Assembly (NCBI GenBank): GCA_964016885.1
Contig: OZ024741.1
Location: 7,936,001-8,000,000 of the forward strand
Direction: 5' to 3'
DNA: 64,000 nt
Source of the DNA: Eledone cirrhosa
Lineage: Eukaryota
Shown piece after piece: positions 15,001 through 30,000 of this stretch. The notes below the pieces were generated by a model. The model was not told the DNA's origin. It saw only the letters and a list, made by a program, of their open reading frames with translations, and did no database searches. The position numbers and the translations under genes are program-made. Position 1 is the stretch's first letter, and every line of letters starts with the position of its first letter.

Positions 15001-18000
15001 CAGTGTTACCCTAGACAGTGGTAAAGATCCAGTGTAAACCTAGACAGTTCTAAAGTTCCAGTGTTACCCTAGACAGTGGTAAAGTTCCAGTGTTACCCTA
15101 GACAGTGGTAAAGTTCCAGTGTTACCCTAGACAGTTCTAAAATTCCAGTGTTACCCTAGACAGTTGTAAAGTTCCAGTGTTGCACTAGACAGTGTTAAAG
15201 TTCCAGTGTTACCCTACACTAGACAGTTGTAAAGCTCCAGTGTTACCCTAGACTAGACAATTGTAAAGTTCCAGTAATACCCTAAACAATGGTAAGTTTC
15301 AGTGTTACCCTAGACAGTGGTAAAGTTCCAGTATAACCCTAGACAGTGGTAAAGTTCCAGTGTTACCCTAGACAGTTCTAAAGTTCCAGTGTTACCCTAG
15401 ACAGTTGTAAAGTTCCAGTGTTACCCTAGACAATGGTAAAGTTCCAGTGTTCCCTTAGACAGTGGTAAAGTACCAGTGTTATCCTAGACAGTGGTAAACT
15501 TCCAGTGTTACCCTAGACAGTTGTAAAGTTGCAGTGTTAAAATACACAGTTTTAAAGTTTCAGTGTTACCCTAGACAATGGTAAAGTTCCAGTCTTACCC
15601 TAGACAGTCGTAAAGTACCAGTGTTACCCTAGTCAGTTCTAAAGTTCCAGTGTTGCCCTAGACAGTTCTAAAGTTCCAGTGTTACCCTACTCAGTGGTAA
15701 AGTTCCAGTGTTACCCTATCAAGTGGTAAAGTTCCAGTGTTACCCTAGACAGTGGTAAAGTTCCAGTGTTACCCTAACAATTGTAAATTTCCAGTGTTAC
15801 CCTAGACAGTGGTAATATTCCAGTGTTACCCTAGACAGTCGTAAAGTTCCAGTGTTACCCTAGCCTGTTCTAAAGTTCCAGTGTTACCATATACAGTGGT
15901 AAAGTTCCAGTGTTACCCTAGACAGTGGTAAAGTTCCAGTGTTACCCTAGACAGTGGTAAAGTTCCAGTGTTACCCTAGACAGTGGTAAAGTTCGATTGT
16001 TACGCTAGACAGTGGTAAAGTTCCAGTGATACTCTAGACAGTTCTAATGTTCCAGTGTTACCCTAGACAGTTCTAAAGTTCAAGTGTTACCCTAGACAGT
16101 CGTAAACTTCCAGTGTTAACCTAGACAGTTGTAAAATTCCAGTGTTACCCTAGACAGTCGTAAAGTTCCAGTGTTACCCTAGACAGTTGTAAAGTTCCAG
16201 TGTTACCATATACAGTGATAAAGTTCCAGTGTTACCCTAGACAGTGGTAAAGTTTCAGTTTTACCCTAGACAGTGGTAAAGTTCCAGTGTTACCCTAGAC
16301 AGTGGTAAAGTTCCAGTGTTACCCTAGACAGTTTTAAAGTTTCAGTGTTACCCTAGACAATGGTAAAGTTCCAGTCTTACCCTAGACATTCGTAAAGTAC
16401 CAGTGTTACCCTAGTCAGTTCTAAAGTTTCAGTGTTACCCTAGACAGTTCTAAAGTTCCAGTGTTACCCTAGACAGTTCTAAAGTTCCAGTGTTATCCTA
16501 GACAATTGTTAAGTTCCAGTGTTACCCTAGACAGTGGTAATATTCCAGTGTTACCCTAGACAGTCGTAAAGTTCCAGTGTTACCCTAGACAGTTGTAAAG
16601 TTCCAGTGTTACCATATACAGTGATAAAGTTCCAGTGTTACCCTAGACAGTGGTAAAGTTCCAGTTTTACCCTAGACAGTGGTAAAGTTCCAGTGTTACC
16701 TTAGACAGTGGTAAATTTCCAGTGTTACCCTAGACAGTATTAAAGTTCCAGTGTTACCCTATTCAGTGGTAAAGTTCCAGTGTTACCCTAGACCGTTCTA
16801 AAGTTCCAGTGTTACCCTAGGCAGTGGTAAAGATCCAGTGTAAACCTAGACAGTTCTAAAGTTCCAGTGTTACCCTAGACAGTGGTAAAGTTCCAGTGTT
16901 ACCCTAGACAGTGGTAAAGTTCCAGTGTTACCCTAGACAGTTCTAAAATTCCAGTGTTACCCTAGACAGTTGTAAAGTTCCAGTGTTGCACTAGACAGTG
17001 TTAAAGTTCCAGTGTTACCCTACACTAGACAGTTGTAAAGCTCCAGTGTTACCCTAGACTAGACAGTGGTAAAGTTCCAGTGTTACCCTACACTAGACAG
17101 TGGTAAAGTTCCAGTGTTACCCTAGACAGTGGTAAAGTTCGATTGTTACCCTAGACAGTGGTAAAGTTCGATTGTTACGCTAGACAGTGGTAAAGTTCCA
17201 GTGTTACTCTAGACAGTTCTAAAGTTCAAGTGTTACCCTAGACAGTCGTAAACTTCCAGTGTTAACCTAGACAGTTGTAAAATTCCAGTGTTACCCTAGA
17301 CAGTCGTAAAGTTCCAGTGTTACCCTAGACAGTGGTAAAGTTTCAGTTTTACCCTAGACAGTGGTAAAGTTCCAGTGTTACCCTAGACAGTGGTAAAGTT
17401 CCAGTGTTACCCTAGACAGTTTTAAAGTTTCAGTGTTACCCTAGACAATGGTAAAGTTCCAGTCTTACCCTAGACATTCGTAAAGTACCAGTGTTACCCT
17501 AGTCACTTCTAAAGTTTCAGTGTTACCCTAGACAGTTCTAAAGTTCCAGTGTTACCCTAGACAGTGGTAAAGTTCCAGTGTTACCCTAGACAGTGGTAAA
17601 GTTCCAGTATTTCCGTAGACAGTGGTAAAGTTCCAGTGTTACCCTAGACAATTGTAAATTCCAGTGTTACCCTAGACAGTGGTAATGTTCCAGTGTTACC
17701 CTAGACAGTCGTAAAGTTCCAGTGTTACCCTAGACTATTCTAAAGTTCCAGTGTTACCATATACAGTGGTAATGTTCCAGTGTTACCCTAGACAGTGGTA
17801 AAGTTCCAGTGTTACCCTAGACAGTGGTAAAGTTCCATTGTTACGCTAGACTGTGGTAAAGTTCCAGTGTTACCCTAGACAGTTCTAAAGTTCCAGTGAT
17901 ACCCTAGACGATTGTAAAGTTCCAGCGTTACCCTAGTCAGTTGTCAACTACCAGTGTTACTCTAGACATTTCTAATGTTTCAGTGTTACCTTAGACAGTT

Positions 18001-21000
18001 CTAAAGTTCAAGTGTTACTCTTGACAGGGGTAAAGTTCCAGTGTTACCCTAGACAGTGGTAAAGTTCCAGTGTTACCCTAGACAGTCGTAAATTTCCAGT
18101 GTAACCCTAGACAGTTCTAAAGTTCCAGTGTTACCCTAGACGGTTGTAAATCTCCAGTGTTACCCGAGACAGTGTTAAAATTCCAGTGTTACCCTAGACA
18201 GTGCTAAATTTCCAGTGTCACCCTAGACAGTGGTAAATTTCCAGTGTTACCCTAGACAGTTCTAAAGTTCCAGTGTTACACTAGACAGTTCTAAAGTACC
18301 AGTGTTAACCTAGAAAGTTGTAAAGTTCCAGTGTTACCCTAGACAGTTCTAATGTTCCAGTGTTACCCTAGACAGTTCTAAAGTACCAGTGTTAACCTAG
18401 AAAGTTGTAAAGTTCCAGTGTTACCATATACAGTGGTAAAGTTCCAGTGTTACCCTAGACAGTGGTAAAGTTCCAGTGTTACGCTAGACAGTGGTAAAGT
18501 TCCAGTGTTACCCTAGACAGTTCTAAAGTTCCAGTGTTACCCTAGACGATTGTAAAATTCCAGCGTTACCCTAGTCAGTTGTAAAGTTCCAGTGTTACTC
18601 TAGACAGTTCTAAAGTTCAAGTGTCACTCTCGACAGTGGTAAAGTTCCAGTGTTACCCTAGACAGTCGTAAATTTCCAGAGTAACCCTAGACAGTTCTAA
18701 AGTTCCAGTGTTACCCTAGACAGTTGTAAATTTCCAGTGTTACCCTAGACAGTGTTAAAATTCCAGTGTTACCCTCGACAGTACTAAAGTTCCAGTTTTA
18801 CCCTAGCTAGTGGTAAAGTTGCAGTGTTAACCTTGACAGTTGTAAAGTTCCAGTGTTACCCTAGACAGTTCTAAAATTCCAGTTTTACCCTAGACAGTGG
18901 TAAAGTTCCAGTGTTACCCTAGACAGTGGTAAAGTTCCAGTGTTACCCTAGATAGTTCTAAAGTTCCAGTGTTACCCTAGATAGTGGTAAAGTTCCAGTG
19001 TTACCCTACACTAGACAGTTGTAAAGCTCCAGTGTTACTCTAGACTAGACAATTGTAAAGTTCCAGTGTTATCCTAAACAAAGTTAAGTTTCAGTGTTAA
19101 CCTAGACAGTGGTAAAGTTCCAGTATTACCCCAGACAGTGGTAAAGTTCCAGTGTTACCCTAGACAGTGGTAAAGTTCCAGTGTTACCCTAGACAGTTCT
19201 AAAGTTCCAGTGTTACCCTAGACAGTTGTAAAGTTCCAGTGTTACCCTAGACAGTGGTAAAGTTCCAGTGTTACCCTAGACAGTGGTAAATTTTCAGTGT
19301 TACCCTAGACAGTATTAATGTTCCAGTGACACCCTATTCAGTGGTAAAGTTCCAGTGTTACCCTAGACCGTTCTAAAGTTCCAGTGTTACCCTAGACAGT
19401 GGTAAAGATCCAGTGTAAACCTAGACAGTTCTAAAGTTCCAGTGTTACCCTAGACAGTGGTAAATTTCCAGTGTTACCCTAGACAGTGGTAAAGTTCCAG
19501 TGTTACCATAGACAGTTCTAAAGTTCCAGTGTTACCCTAGACAGTTGTAAAGTTCCAGTGTTACCCTAGACAATGGTAAAGTTCCAGTGTTACCTTAGAC
19601 AGAGGTAAAGTTCCAGTCTTACCCTAGACAGTCGTAAAGTACCAGTGTTACCCTAGTCAGTTCTAAAGTTCCAGTGTTATCCTAGACAGTGGTAAAGTTC
19701 CAGTGTTACCCTAACAATTGTAAAGTTCCAGTGTTAACCTAGACAGTGGTAATGTTCCAGTGTTACCCTAGACAGTCGTAAAGTTCCAGTGTTACCCTAG
19801 CCAGTTCTAAAGTTCCAGTGTTACCATATACAGTGGTAAAGTTCCAGTGTTACCCTAGACAGTCGTAAATTTCCAGTGTAACCCTAGACAGTTCTAAAGT
19901 TCCAGTGTTACCCTAGACAGTTGTAAATTTCCAGTGTTACCCTAGACAGTGTTAAAATTCCAGTGTTACCCTAGACAGTGCTAAATATCCAGTGTCACCC
20001 TAGACAGTGGAAGATTTCCAGTGTTACCCTAGACAGTTCTAAAGTTCCAGTGTTACACTAGACAGTTCTAATGTTCCAGTGTTACCCTAGACATTTCTAA
20101 AGTACCAGTGTTACCCTAGACAGTTCTAAAGTTCCAGTGTTACCCTAGACATTTCTAAAGTTCCAGTGTTACCCTAGACAGTTCTAAAGTTCCAGTTTTA
20201 CCCTAGGTAGTGGTAAAGGGGCAGTGTTAACCTAGACAGTTTTAAAGTTCCAGTGTTACCCTAGACGGTTCTAAAGTTCCAGTGTTACCCTAGACAGTGG
20301 TAAAGTTCCAGTGTTACCCTAGACAGTGGTAAAGTTCCAGTGTTTCCCTCGATAGTTCTAAAGTTCCAGTGTTACCCTAGATAGTGGTAAAGTTCCAGTG
20401 TTACCCTACACTAGACAGTTGTAAAGCTCCAGTGTTACCCTAGACTAGACAATCGTAAAGTTCCAGTGTTACCCTAAACAATGGTAAGTTTCAGTGTTAC
20501 CCTAGACAGTTGTAAAGTTCCAGTGTTACCCTAGACAGGTTTAAAGTTCCAGTGTTAGCTCAGACCGTTCTAAAGTTCCAGTGTTAACCTAGGCAGTGGT
20601 AAAGATCCAGTGTTAACCTAGACAGTTGTAAAGTTCTAGTGTTACCCTAGACAGTTCTCAAGTTCCAGTGTTATCCTAGACAATTGTAAAGTTCTAGTGT
20701 TACCCTAGACAGTTCTAAATTTCCAGTGTTACCCTAGACAGTTTTAAAGTTCTAGTGTTACCCTAGACAGTTCTAATGTTCAAGTGTTACTTTTGACAGT
20801 CGTAAAGTTCCAGTGTTACCCTAGACAGTTCTAAATTTCCAGTGTTACCCTTGATAATTGTAAAGTTCCAGTGTTACCCTAGACAGTTCTAATGTTCCAG
20901 TGTTACTCTAGACAGTTCTAACGTTCAAGTGTTACTTTTGACAGTGGTAAAGTTCCAGTGTTACCCTAGACAGTCGTAAAGTTCCAGTGTCACCCTAGAC

Positions 21001-24000
21001 AGTTCTAAATTTCCAGTGTTACCCTAGACAGTCGTAAAGTTCCAGTGTTACCCTAGATAGTTCTAAAGTTCCAGTGTTACCCTAGATAATGGTAAAGTTC
21101 CAGTGTTACCCTAGAGAGTTGTACAGTTCCAGTCTTACCCTAGACAATTGTAAAGTTCCAGTTTTAACCTAGACAGTTGTAAAGTTCCAGTGTTGCACTA
21201 GACAGTTGTAAAGCTCCAGTGTTACCCTAGACTAGACAATTGTAAAGTTCCAGTGTTACCCTAGACAGTGGTAAAGTTCCAGTATTACCCTAGACAGTGG
21301 CAAAGTTCCAGTGTTACCCTAGACAGTTCTGAAGTTCCAGTGTTACCCTAGACAGTCGTAAAGTACCAGTGTTACCCTAGTCAGTTCTAAAGTTCCAGTG
21401 TTACCCTAGACAGTTCTAAAGTTCCAGTGTTACCCTAGACAGTGGTAAAGTTCCAGTGTTACCCTAGACAGTGGTAAAGTTCCAGTGTTACCCTAGACAG
21501 TGGTAAAGTTCCAGTGTTACCCTAGACAATTGTAAAGTTCCAGTGTTACCCTAGACAGTGGTAATGTTCCAGTGTTACACTAGACAGTCGTAAAGTTCCA
21601 CTGTTAACCTAGACAGTTGTAAAATTCCAGTGTTACCCTAGACAGTCGTAAAGTTCCATTTTTACGCTAGACAGTGGTAAAGTTCCAGTGTTACCCTAGA
21701 CACTTCTAATGTTCCAGTGTTACCCTAGACGATTGTAAAGTTCCAGCATTACCCTAGTCAGTTGTAAAGTTCCAGTGTTACTCTAGACAGTTCTAATGTT
21801 CCAGTGTTAACCTAGACAGTTCTAAAGTTCAAGTGTTACCTTATACAGTGTTAAAGTTCCAGTGTTACCCTAGACAGTGGTAAAGTTCCAGTGTTACCCG
21901 AGACAGTTCTAAAGTTCCAGTGTTACTCTTGACAGTTGTAAAGTTCCAGTGTTACCCTAGACATTTTTAAAGTTCCAGTGTTACCCTAGACAGTTCTAAA
22001 GTTCCAGTGTTATCCTAGACAATTGTAAAGTTCCAGTGTTACCCTAGACAGTTGTAAAGTTCAAGTGTTACTCTTGATAGTGGTAAAGTTCCAGTGTTAC
22101 CCTAGACAGTGGTAAAGTTCCAGTGTTACCCTAGACAGTTCTAAAGTTCCAGTGTTACCCTAGACAGTGGTAAAGTTCCAGTGTTACCCTAGACAGTGGT
22201 AAAGTTCCAGTGTTTCCCTAGACAGTGGTAAATTTCCCGTGTTACCCTAGACAGTAGTAAAGTTCCAGTGTTACCCTAGAAAGTGGTAACATTCCAGTGT
22301 TACCCTAGCCAGTTCTAAAGTTCCAGTGTTACACTAGACAGTGGTAAAGTTCCAGTGTTACGCTAGACAGTGGTAAAGTTCCAGTGTTACCTAGACAGTT
22401 CTAAAGTACCAGTGTTACCCTAGACAGTTGTAAAGTTCCAGTGTTACCCAAGACAGTCGTAAAGTTTCAGTGTTACCCTAGACAGTGGTAAAGTTCCAGT
22501 GTTAACGTAGACAGTTCTAAAGTTACAGTGTTACCCTAGACAGTTTTAAAGTTTCAGAGTTACCCTAGACAATGGTAAAGTTCCAGTGTTACCCTAGACA
22601 GTCGTAAAGTACCAGTGTTACCCTAGTCAGTTCTAAAGTTCCAGTGTTACCCTAGACAGTTCTAAAGTTCCAGTGTTACCCTAGACAGTGGTAAAGTTCC
22701 AGTGTTACCCTAGACAGTGGTAAAGTTCCAGTGTTACGCTAGACAGTGGTAAAGTTCCAGTGTTACCCTAGATAATTGTAAAGTTCCAGTGTTACCCTAG
22801 ACAGTGGTACTGTTCCAGTGTTACCCTAGACAGTCGTAAAGTTCCACTGTTAACCTAGACAGTTGTAAAATTCCAGTGTTATCCTAGACAGTCGTAAAGT
22901 TCCAATGTTACGCTAGACAGTGGTAAAGTTCCAGTGTTACCCTAGACAGTTCTAAAGTTCCAGTGTTACCCTAGACAGTTCTAAAGTTCCAGTGTTACCC
23001 TAAGGAGTTGTAAAGTTCCAGTGTTACCCTAGAAATTGGTAAAGTTCCAGTGTTACCCTAGATAGTTCTAAAGTTCCAGTGTTACCCTAGATAGTGGTAA
23101 AGTTCCAGTGTTACCCTAGACAGTGGTAAATTTCCAGTGTTAAACTAGACAGTTCTAAAGATCCAGTGTTACCCTAGAGAGTGTACAGTTCCAGTCTTAC
23201 CCTAGATAATTGTAAAGTTCCAGTGTTACCCTAGACAATTGTAAAGTTCCAGTTTTAACCTAGAGAGCTGTACAATTCCAGTGTTACCCTAGACAGTTTT
23301 AAAGTTCTAGTGTTACCCTAGACAGTTCTAATGTTCAAGTGTTACTTTTGACAGTCGTAAAGTTCCAGTGTTACCCTAGACAGTTCTAAATTTCCAGTGT
23401 TACCCTTGATAATTGTAAAGTTCCAGTGTTACCCTAGACAGTTCTAATGTTCCAGTGTTACTCTAGACAGTTCTAACGTTCAAGTGTTACTTTTGACAGT
23501 GGTAAAGTTCCAGTGTTACCCTAGACAGTCGTAAAGTTCCAGTGTCACCCTAGACAGTTCTAAATTTCCAGTGTTACCCTAGACAGTCGTAAAGTTCCAG
23601 TGTTACCCTAGATAGTTCTAAAGTTCCAGTGTTACCCTAGATAATGGTAAAGTTCCAGTGTTACCCTAGAGAGTTGTACAGTTCCAGTCTTACCCTAGAC
23701 AATTGTAAAGTTCCAGTTTTAACCTAGACAGTTGTAAAGTTCCAGTGTTGCACTAGACAGTTGTAAAGCTCCAGTGTTACCCTAGACTAGACAATTGTAA
23801 AGTTCCAGTGTTACCCTAGACAGTGGTAAAGTTCCAGTATTACCCTAGACAGTGGCAAAGTTCCAGTGTTACCCTAGACAGTTCTGAAGTTCCAGTGTTA
23901 CCCTAGACAGTCGTAAAGTACCAGTGTTACCCTAGTCAGTTCTAAAGTTCCAGTGTTACCCTAGACAGTTCTAAAGTTCCAGTGTTACCCTAGACAGTGG

Positions 24001-27000
24001 TAAAGTTCCAGTGTTACCCTAGACAGTGGTAAAGTTCCAGTGTTACCCTAGACAGTGGTAAAGTTCCAGTGTTACCCTAGACAATTGTAAAGTTCCAGTG
24101 TTACCCTAGACAGTGGTAATGTTCCAGTGTTACACTAGACAGTCGTAAAGTTCCACTGTTAACCTAGACAGTTGTAAAATTCCAGTGTTACCCTAGACAG
24201 TCGTAAAGTTCCATTTTTACGCTAGACAGTGGTAAAGTTCCAGTGTTACCCTAGACACTTCTAATGTTCCAGTGTTACCCTAGACGATTGTAAAGTTCCA
24301 GCATTACCCTAGTCAGTTGTAAAGTTCCAGTGTTACTCTAGACAGTTCTAATGTTCCAGTGTTAACCTAGACAGTTCTAAAGTTCAAGTGTTACCTTATA
24401 CAGTGTTAAAGTTCCAGTGTTACCCTAGACAGTGGTAAAGTTCCAGTGTTACCCGAGACAGTTCTAAAGTTCCAGTGTTACTCTTGACAGTTGTAAAGTT
24501 CCAGTGTTACCCTAGACATTTTTAAAGTTCCAGTGTTACCCTAGACAGTTCTAAAGTTCCAGTGTTATCCTAGACAATTGTAAAGTTCCAGTGTTACCCT
24601 AGACAGTTGTAAAGTTCAAGTGTTACTCTTGATAGTGGTAAAGTTCCAGTGTTACCCTAGACAGTGGTAAAGTTCCAGTGTTACCCTAGACAGTTCTAAA
24701 GTTCCAGTGTTACCCTAGACAGTGGTAAAGTTCCAGTGTTACCCTAGACAGTGGTAAAGTTCCAGTGTTTCCCTAGACAGTGGTAAATTTCCCGTGTTAC
24801 CCTAGACAGTAGTAAAGTTCCAGTGTTACCCTAGAAAGTGGTAACATTCCAGTGTTACCCTAGCCAGTTCTAAAGTTCCAGTGTTACACTAGACAGTGGT
24901 AAAGTTCCAGTGTTACGCTAGACAGTGGTAAAGTTCCAGTGTTACCTAGACAGTTCTAAAGTACCAGTGTTACCCTAGACAGTTGTAAAGTTCCAGTGTT
25001 ACCCAAGACAGTCGTAAAGTTTCAGTGTTACCCTAGACAGTGGTAAAGTTCCAGTGTTAACGTAGACAGTTCTAAAGTTACAGTGTTACCCTAGACAGTT
25101 TTAAAGTTTCAGAGTTACCCTAGACAATGGTAAAGTTCCAGTGTTACCCTAGACAGTCGTAAAGTACCAGTGTTACCCTAGTCAGTTCTAAAGTTCCAGT
25201 GTTACCCTAGACAGTTCTAAAGTTCCAGTGTTACCCTAGACAGTGGTAAAGTTCCAGTGTTACCCTAGACAGTGGTAAAGTTCCAGTGTTACGCTAGACA
25301 GTGGTAAAGTTCCAGTGTTACCCTAGATAATTGTAAAGTTCCAGTGTTACCCTAGACAGTGGTACTGTTCCAGTGTTACCCTAGACAGTCGTAAAGTTCC
25401 ACTGTTAACCTAGACAGTTGTAAAATTCCAGTGTTATCCTAGACAGTCGTAAAGTTCCAATGTTACGCTAGACAGTGGTAAAGTTCCAGTGTTACCCTAG
25501 ACAGTTCTAAAGTTCCAGTGTTACCCTAGACAGTTCTAAAGTTCCAGTGTTACCCTAAGGAGTTGTAAAGTTCCAGTGTTACCCTAGAAATTGGTAAAGT
25601 TCCAGTGTTACCCTAGATAGTTCTAAAGTTCCAGTGTTACCCTAGATAGTGGTAAAGTTCCAGTGTTACCCTAGACAGTGGTAAATTTCCAGTGTTAAAC
25701 TAGACAGTTCTAAAGATCCAGTGTTACCCTAGAGAGTGTACAGTTCCAGTCTTACCCTAGATAATTGTAAAGTTCCAGTGTTACCCTAGACAATTGTAAA
25801 GTTCCAGTTTTAACCTAGAGAGCTGTACAATTCCAGTGTTACCCTAGACAGTTGTAAAGTTCCAGTGTTGCACAAGACAGTGTTAAAGTTCCAGTGTTAC
25901 CCTACACTAGACAGTTGTAAAGCTCCAGTGTTACCCTAGACTAGACAATTGTAAAGTTCCAGTGTGACCCTAAACAATGGTAAGTTTCAATGTTACCCTA
26001 GACAGTGGTAAAGTTCCAGTAATACCCTAGACAGTGGTAAAGTTCCAGTGTTACCCTAGACAGTTCTAAAGTTCCAGTGTTACCCTAGACAGTTGTAAAG
26101 TTTCAGCGTTACCCTAGACAATGGTAAAGTTCCAGTGTTACCTTAGACAGTGGTAAAGTTGCAGTGTTACCCTAGACAGTTGTAAAGTACCACTGTTACC
26201 TTAGACAGTTGTGAAGTTCCAGTGTAATCCTAGACAGTGGTAAATTTCCAGTGTTACCCTAGACAGTTGTAAAGTTCCAGTGTTACCCTAGACAGTTTTA
26301 AAGTTTCAGAGTTACCCTAGACAATGGTAAAGTTCCAGTGTTACCCTAGACAGTCGTAAAGTACCAGTGTTACCCTAGTCAGTTCTAAAGTTCCAGTGTT
26401 ACCCTAGACAGTTCTAAAGTTCCAGTGTTACCCTAGACAGTGGTAAAGTTCCAGTGTTACCCTAGACAGTGGTAAAGTTCCAGTGTTACCCTAGACAGTG
26501 GTAAAGTTCCAGTGTTACCCTAGACAATTGTAAAGTTCCAGTGTTACCCTAGACAGTGGTACTGTTCCAGTGTTACCCTAGACAGTCGTAAAGTTCCACT
26601 GTTAACCTAGACAGTTGTAAAATTCCAGTGTTATCCTAGACAGTCGTAAAGTTCCAATGTTACGCTAGACAGTGGTAAAGTTCCAGTGTTACCCTAGACA
26701 GTTCTAAAGTTCCAGTGTTACCCTAGACAGTTCTAATGTTCCAGTGTTAACCTAGAAAGTTGTAAAGTTCCAGTGTTACCCTAGACAGTTCTAAAGTTCC
26801 AGTGTTACCCTAGACAGTTCACAAGTTCCAGTTTTACCCTAGGTAGTGGTAAATTGCATTGCTAACCTAGACAGTTGTAAAGTTCCAGTGTTACCCTAGA
26901 CAGTTCTAAAGTTCCAGTGTTACCCTAGACAGTGGTAAAGTTCCAGTGTTACCCTAGACAGTGGTAAGTTCCAGTGTTACCCTAGAGAGTTGTAATGTTC

Positions 27001-30000
27001 CAGTGTTACCCTAGACAGTGGTAAAGTTCCAGTGTTACCCTAGACAGTCGTAAAGTTCCAGTGTTACCCTAGACAGTCGTAATGTTCCAGTGTTACCCTA
27101 GACAGTTCTAAAATTCCAGTGTTTCCCTAGACAGTGGTAAAGTTCCAGTGTTACCCTAGAAAATTGTAAAATTCCAGTGTTACCCTAGACAGTTTTAAAG
27201 TTCCAGCGTTACCCTAGACAGTTCTAAAGTTCCAGTGTTACCCTAGACAGTGGTAAAGTTCCAGTGTTACAGTAGACAGTGGTAAAGTTCCTGTGTTACC
27301 ATAGACAGTTCTAAAGTTCCAGTGTTACACTAGACAATTGTAAAGTTCCAGTGTTATCTTAGACAGTTCTAAAGTTCCAGTGTTACACTAGGCAGTTCTA
27401 AAGTTCCATTGTTACCCTAGACAGTCGTAAAGTTCCAGTGTTACCCTAGACAGTTCTAAAGTTCCAGTTTTACCCTAGACAGTGGTAAAGTTCCAGTGTT
27501 ACCCTAGACAGTTGTAAAGTTCCAGTGTTAGCCTAGACAGTTCTAAAGTTCCAGTGTTACTCTAGACAGTGTTAAAATTCCAGTGTTACCCTAGACAGTC
27601 GTAAATTCCAGTGTTACCATAGACAGTTCTAAAGTTCCAGTGTTACCCTAGACAGTGGTAAAGTTCCAGTGTTACCCCAGACAGTGGTAACATTCCAGTG
27701 CTACCCTAGCCTGTTCTAAAGTTCCAGTGTTACCCTAGACAGTGGTAAAGTTCCAGTGTTACCCTAGTCAGATGTAAAGTTCCAGTGTTACCCTAGATAG
27801 TTTTAAATTTTCAGTGTTACCCTAGACAGTGGTAAAGTTCCAGTGTTACCTTAGACAGTCGTAAAGTTCCAGTGTTACCCTAGACAGTCGTAATGTTCCA
27901 GTGTTACCCTAGACAGTTCTAAAATTCCAGTGTTTCCCTAGACAGTGGTAACGTTCCAGTGTTACCCTAGAAAATTGTAAATTTCCAGTGTTACCCTAGA
28001 CAGTGGTAAAGTTCGAGTGTTACCCTAGACAGTTCTAAAATTCCAGTGTTACACTAGACAGTGGTAAAGTTCCAGTGTTAGCCTAGACAGTTTTAAAGTT
28101 CCAGCGTTAGCCTAGACAGTTCTAAAGCTCCAGTGTTACCCTAGACAGTTGTAAAGTTCCAGTGTTACCCTAGACTATTGTAAAGTTCCAGTGTTACCCT
28201 AGACAGTTCTAAAGTTCCAGTGTTACCCTAGACAGTGGTAAAGTTCCAGTGTTACCCTAGACAGTTCTAAAGTTCCAGTGTTACCCTAGACAGTGGTAAA
28301 GTTCCAGTGTTACCCTAGCCAGTGGTAAATTCCAGTGTTACCCTAGACAGTTCTAAAGTTCCAGTCTTACCCTAGACAGTGGTAAAGTTCCAGTGTTACC
28401 CTAGACAGTTCGAAAGTTCCAGTGTTACCCTAGACAGTTCACAAGTTCCAGTTTTACCCTAGGTAGTGGTAAAGTTGCAGTGCTAACCTAGACAGTTGTA
28501 AAGTTCCAGTGTTACCCTAGACAGTTCTAAAGTTCCAGTGTTACCCTAGACAGTTGTACAGTTCCAGTGTTACCCTAGACAGTGGTAAGTTCCAGTGTTA
28601 CCCTAGACAGTTCTAAAGTTCCAGTGTTACCCTAGACAGTTGTAAAGTTCCAGTGTTACCCTAGACAGTGGTAAAATTCCAGTGTTACCCTAGACAGTGG
28701 TAAAGTTCCAGTGTTACCCTAGTCAGTTGTAAAGTTCCAGTGTTACACTAGATAGTTTTAAATTTTCAGTGTTACCTTAGACAGTGGTAAAGCTCCAGTG
28801 TTACCCGAGACAGTGGTAAAGTTCCAGTGTTACCCTAGACAGTGGTAAAGTTCCACTGTTACCCTAGACAGTGGTAAAGTTCCAGTATTACCCTAGACAG
28901 TAGTAAAGTTCCAGTGTTAACCTAGACAGTGGTAAAGTTCCAGTGTTACCCTAGACAGTTCTAATGTTCCAGTGTTAACCTAAAAAGTTGTAAAGATCCA
29001 GTGTTACCCTAGACAGTTTTAAAGTTCCAGCGTTACCCTAGACAGTCGTAAAGTTCCAGTGTTACCCTAGACAGTTCTAAAGTTCCAGTGTTACCCTAGA
29101 CAGTGGTAAAGGTCCAGTGTTACCCCAGACAGTGGTAATATTTCAGTGTTAACCTAGCCTGTTCTAAAATTCCAGTGTTTCCCTAGACAGTGGTAAAGTT
29201 CCAGTGTTACCCTAGAAAATTGTAAATTTCCAGTGTTACCCTAGACAGTGGTAAAGTTCGAGTGTTTCCCTAGACAGTTCAAAAATTCCAGTGTTACACT
29301 AGACGGTGGTAAATTTCCTGTGTTACCCTAGACAGTTTTAAAGTTCCAGCGTTACCCTAGACAGTTCTAAAGTTCTAGTGTTACCTTAGACAGTGGTAAA
29401 GTTCCAGTGTTACCGTAGACAGTGGTAAAGTTCCTGTGTTACCCTAGGCAGTTCTAAAGTTCCAGTGTTACCCTAGATAATTGTAAAGTTCCAGTATTAC
29501 CTTAGACAGTTCTAAAGTTCCAGTGTTACCCTAGACAGTTCTAAAGTTCCATTGTTACCCTAGACAGTCGTAAAGTTCCAGTGTTACCCTAGACAGTTCT
29601 AAAGTTCCAGTGTTACCCTAGACAGTGGTAAAGTTCCAGTGTTACCCTAGACAGTTGTAAAGTTCCAGTGTTACCCTAGACAATTGTAAAGTTCCAGTGT
29701 TACCCTAGACAGTGGTAAAGTTCCACTGTTATCCTAGACAGTTCTAAAGTTCCAGTGTTACCCTAGACAGTGGTAAAGTTCCAGTGTTACCCTAGACAGT
29801 TCTAAAGTTCCAGTGTTACCTTAGACAGTTGTAAAGCTCCAGTGTTACCCTAGACAGTTTTAAAGTTCCAGCGTTAACCTAGACAGTTCTAAAGTTGCAG
29901 TGTTACCCTAGACAATTGTAAAGTTCCAGTGTTACCCTAGACAGATCTAAAGTTCCAGTGTTACCCTAGACAGTGGTAAAGTTCCAGTGTTACCCTAGCC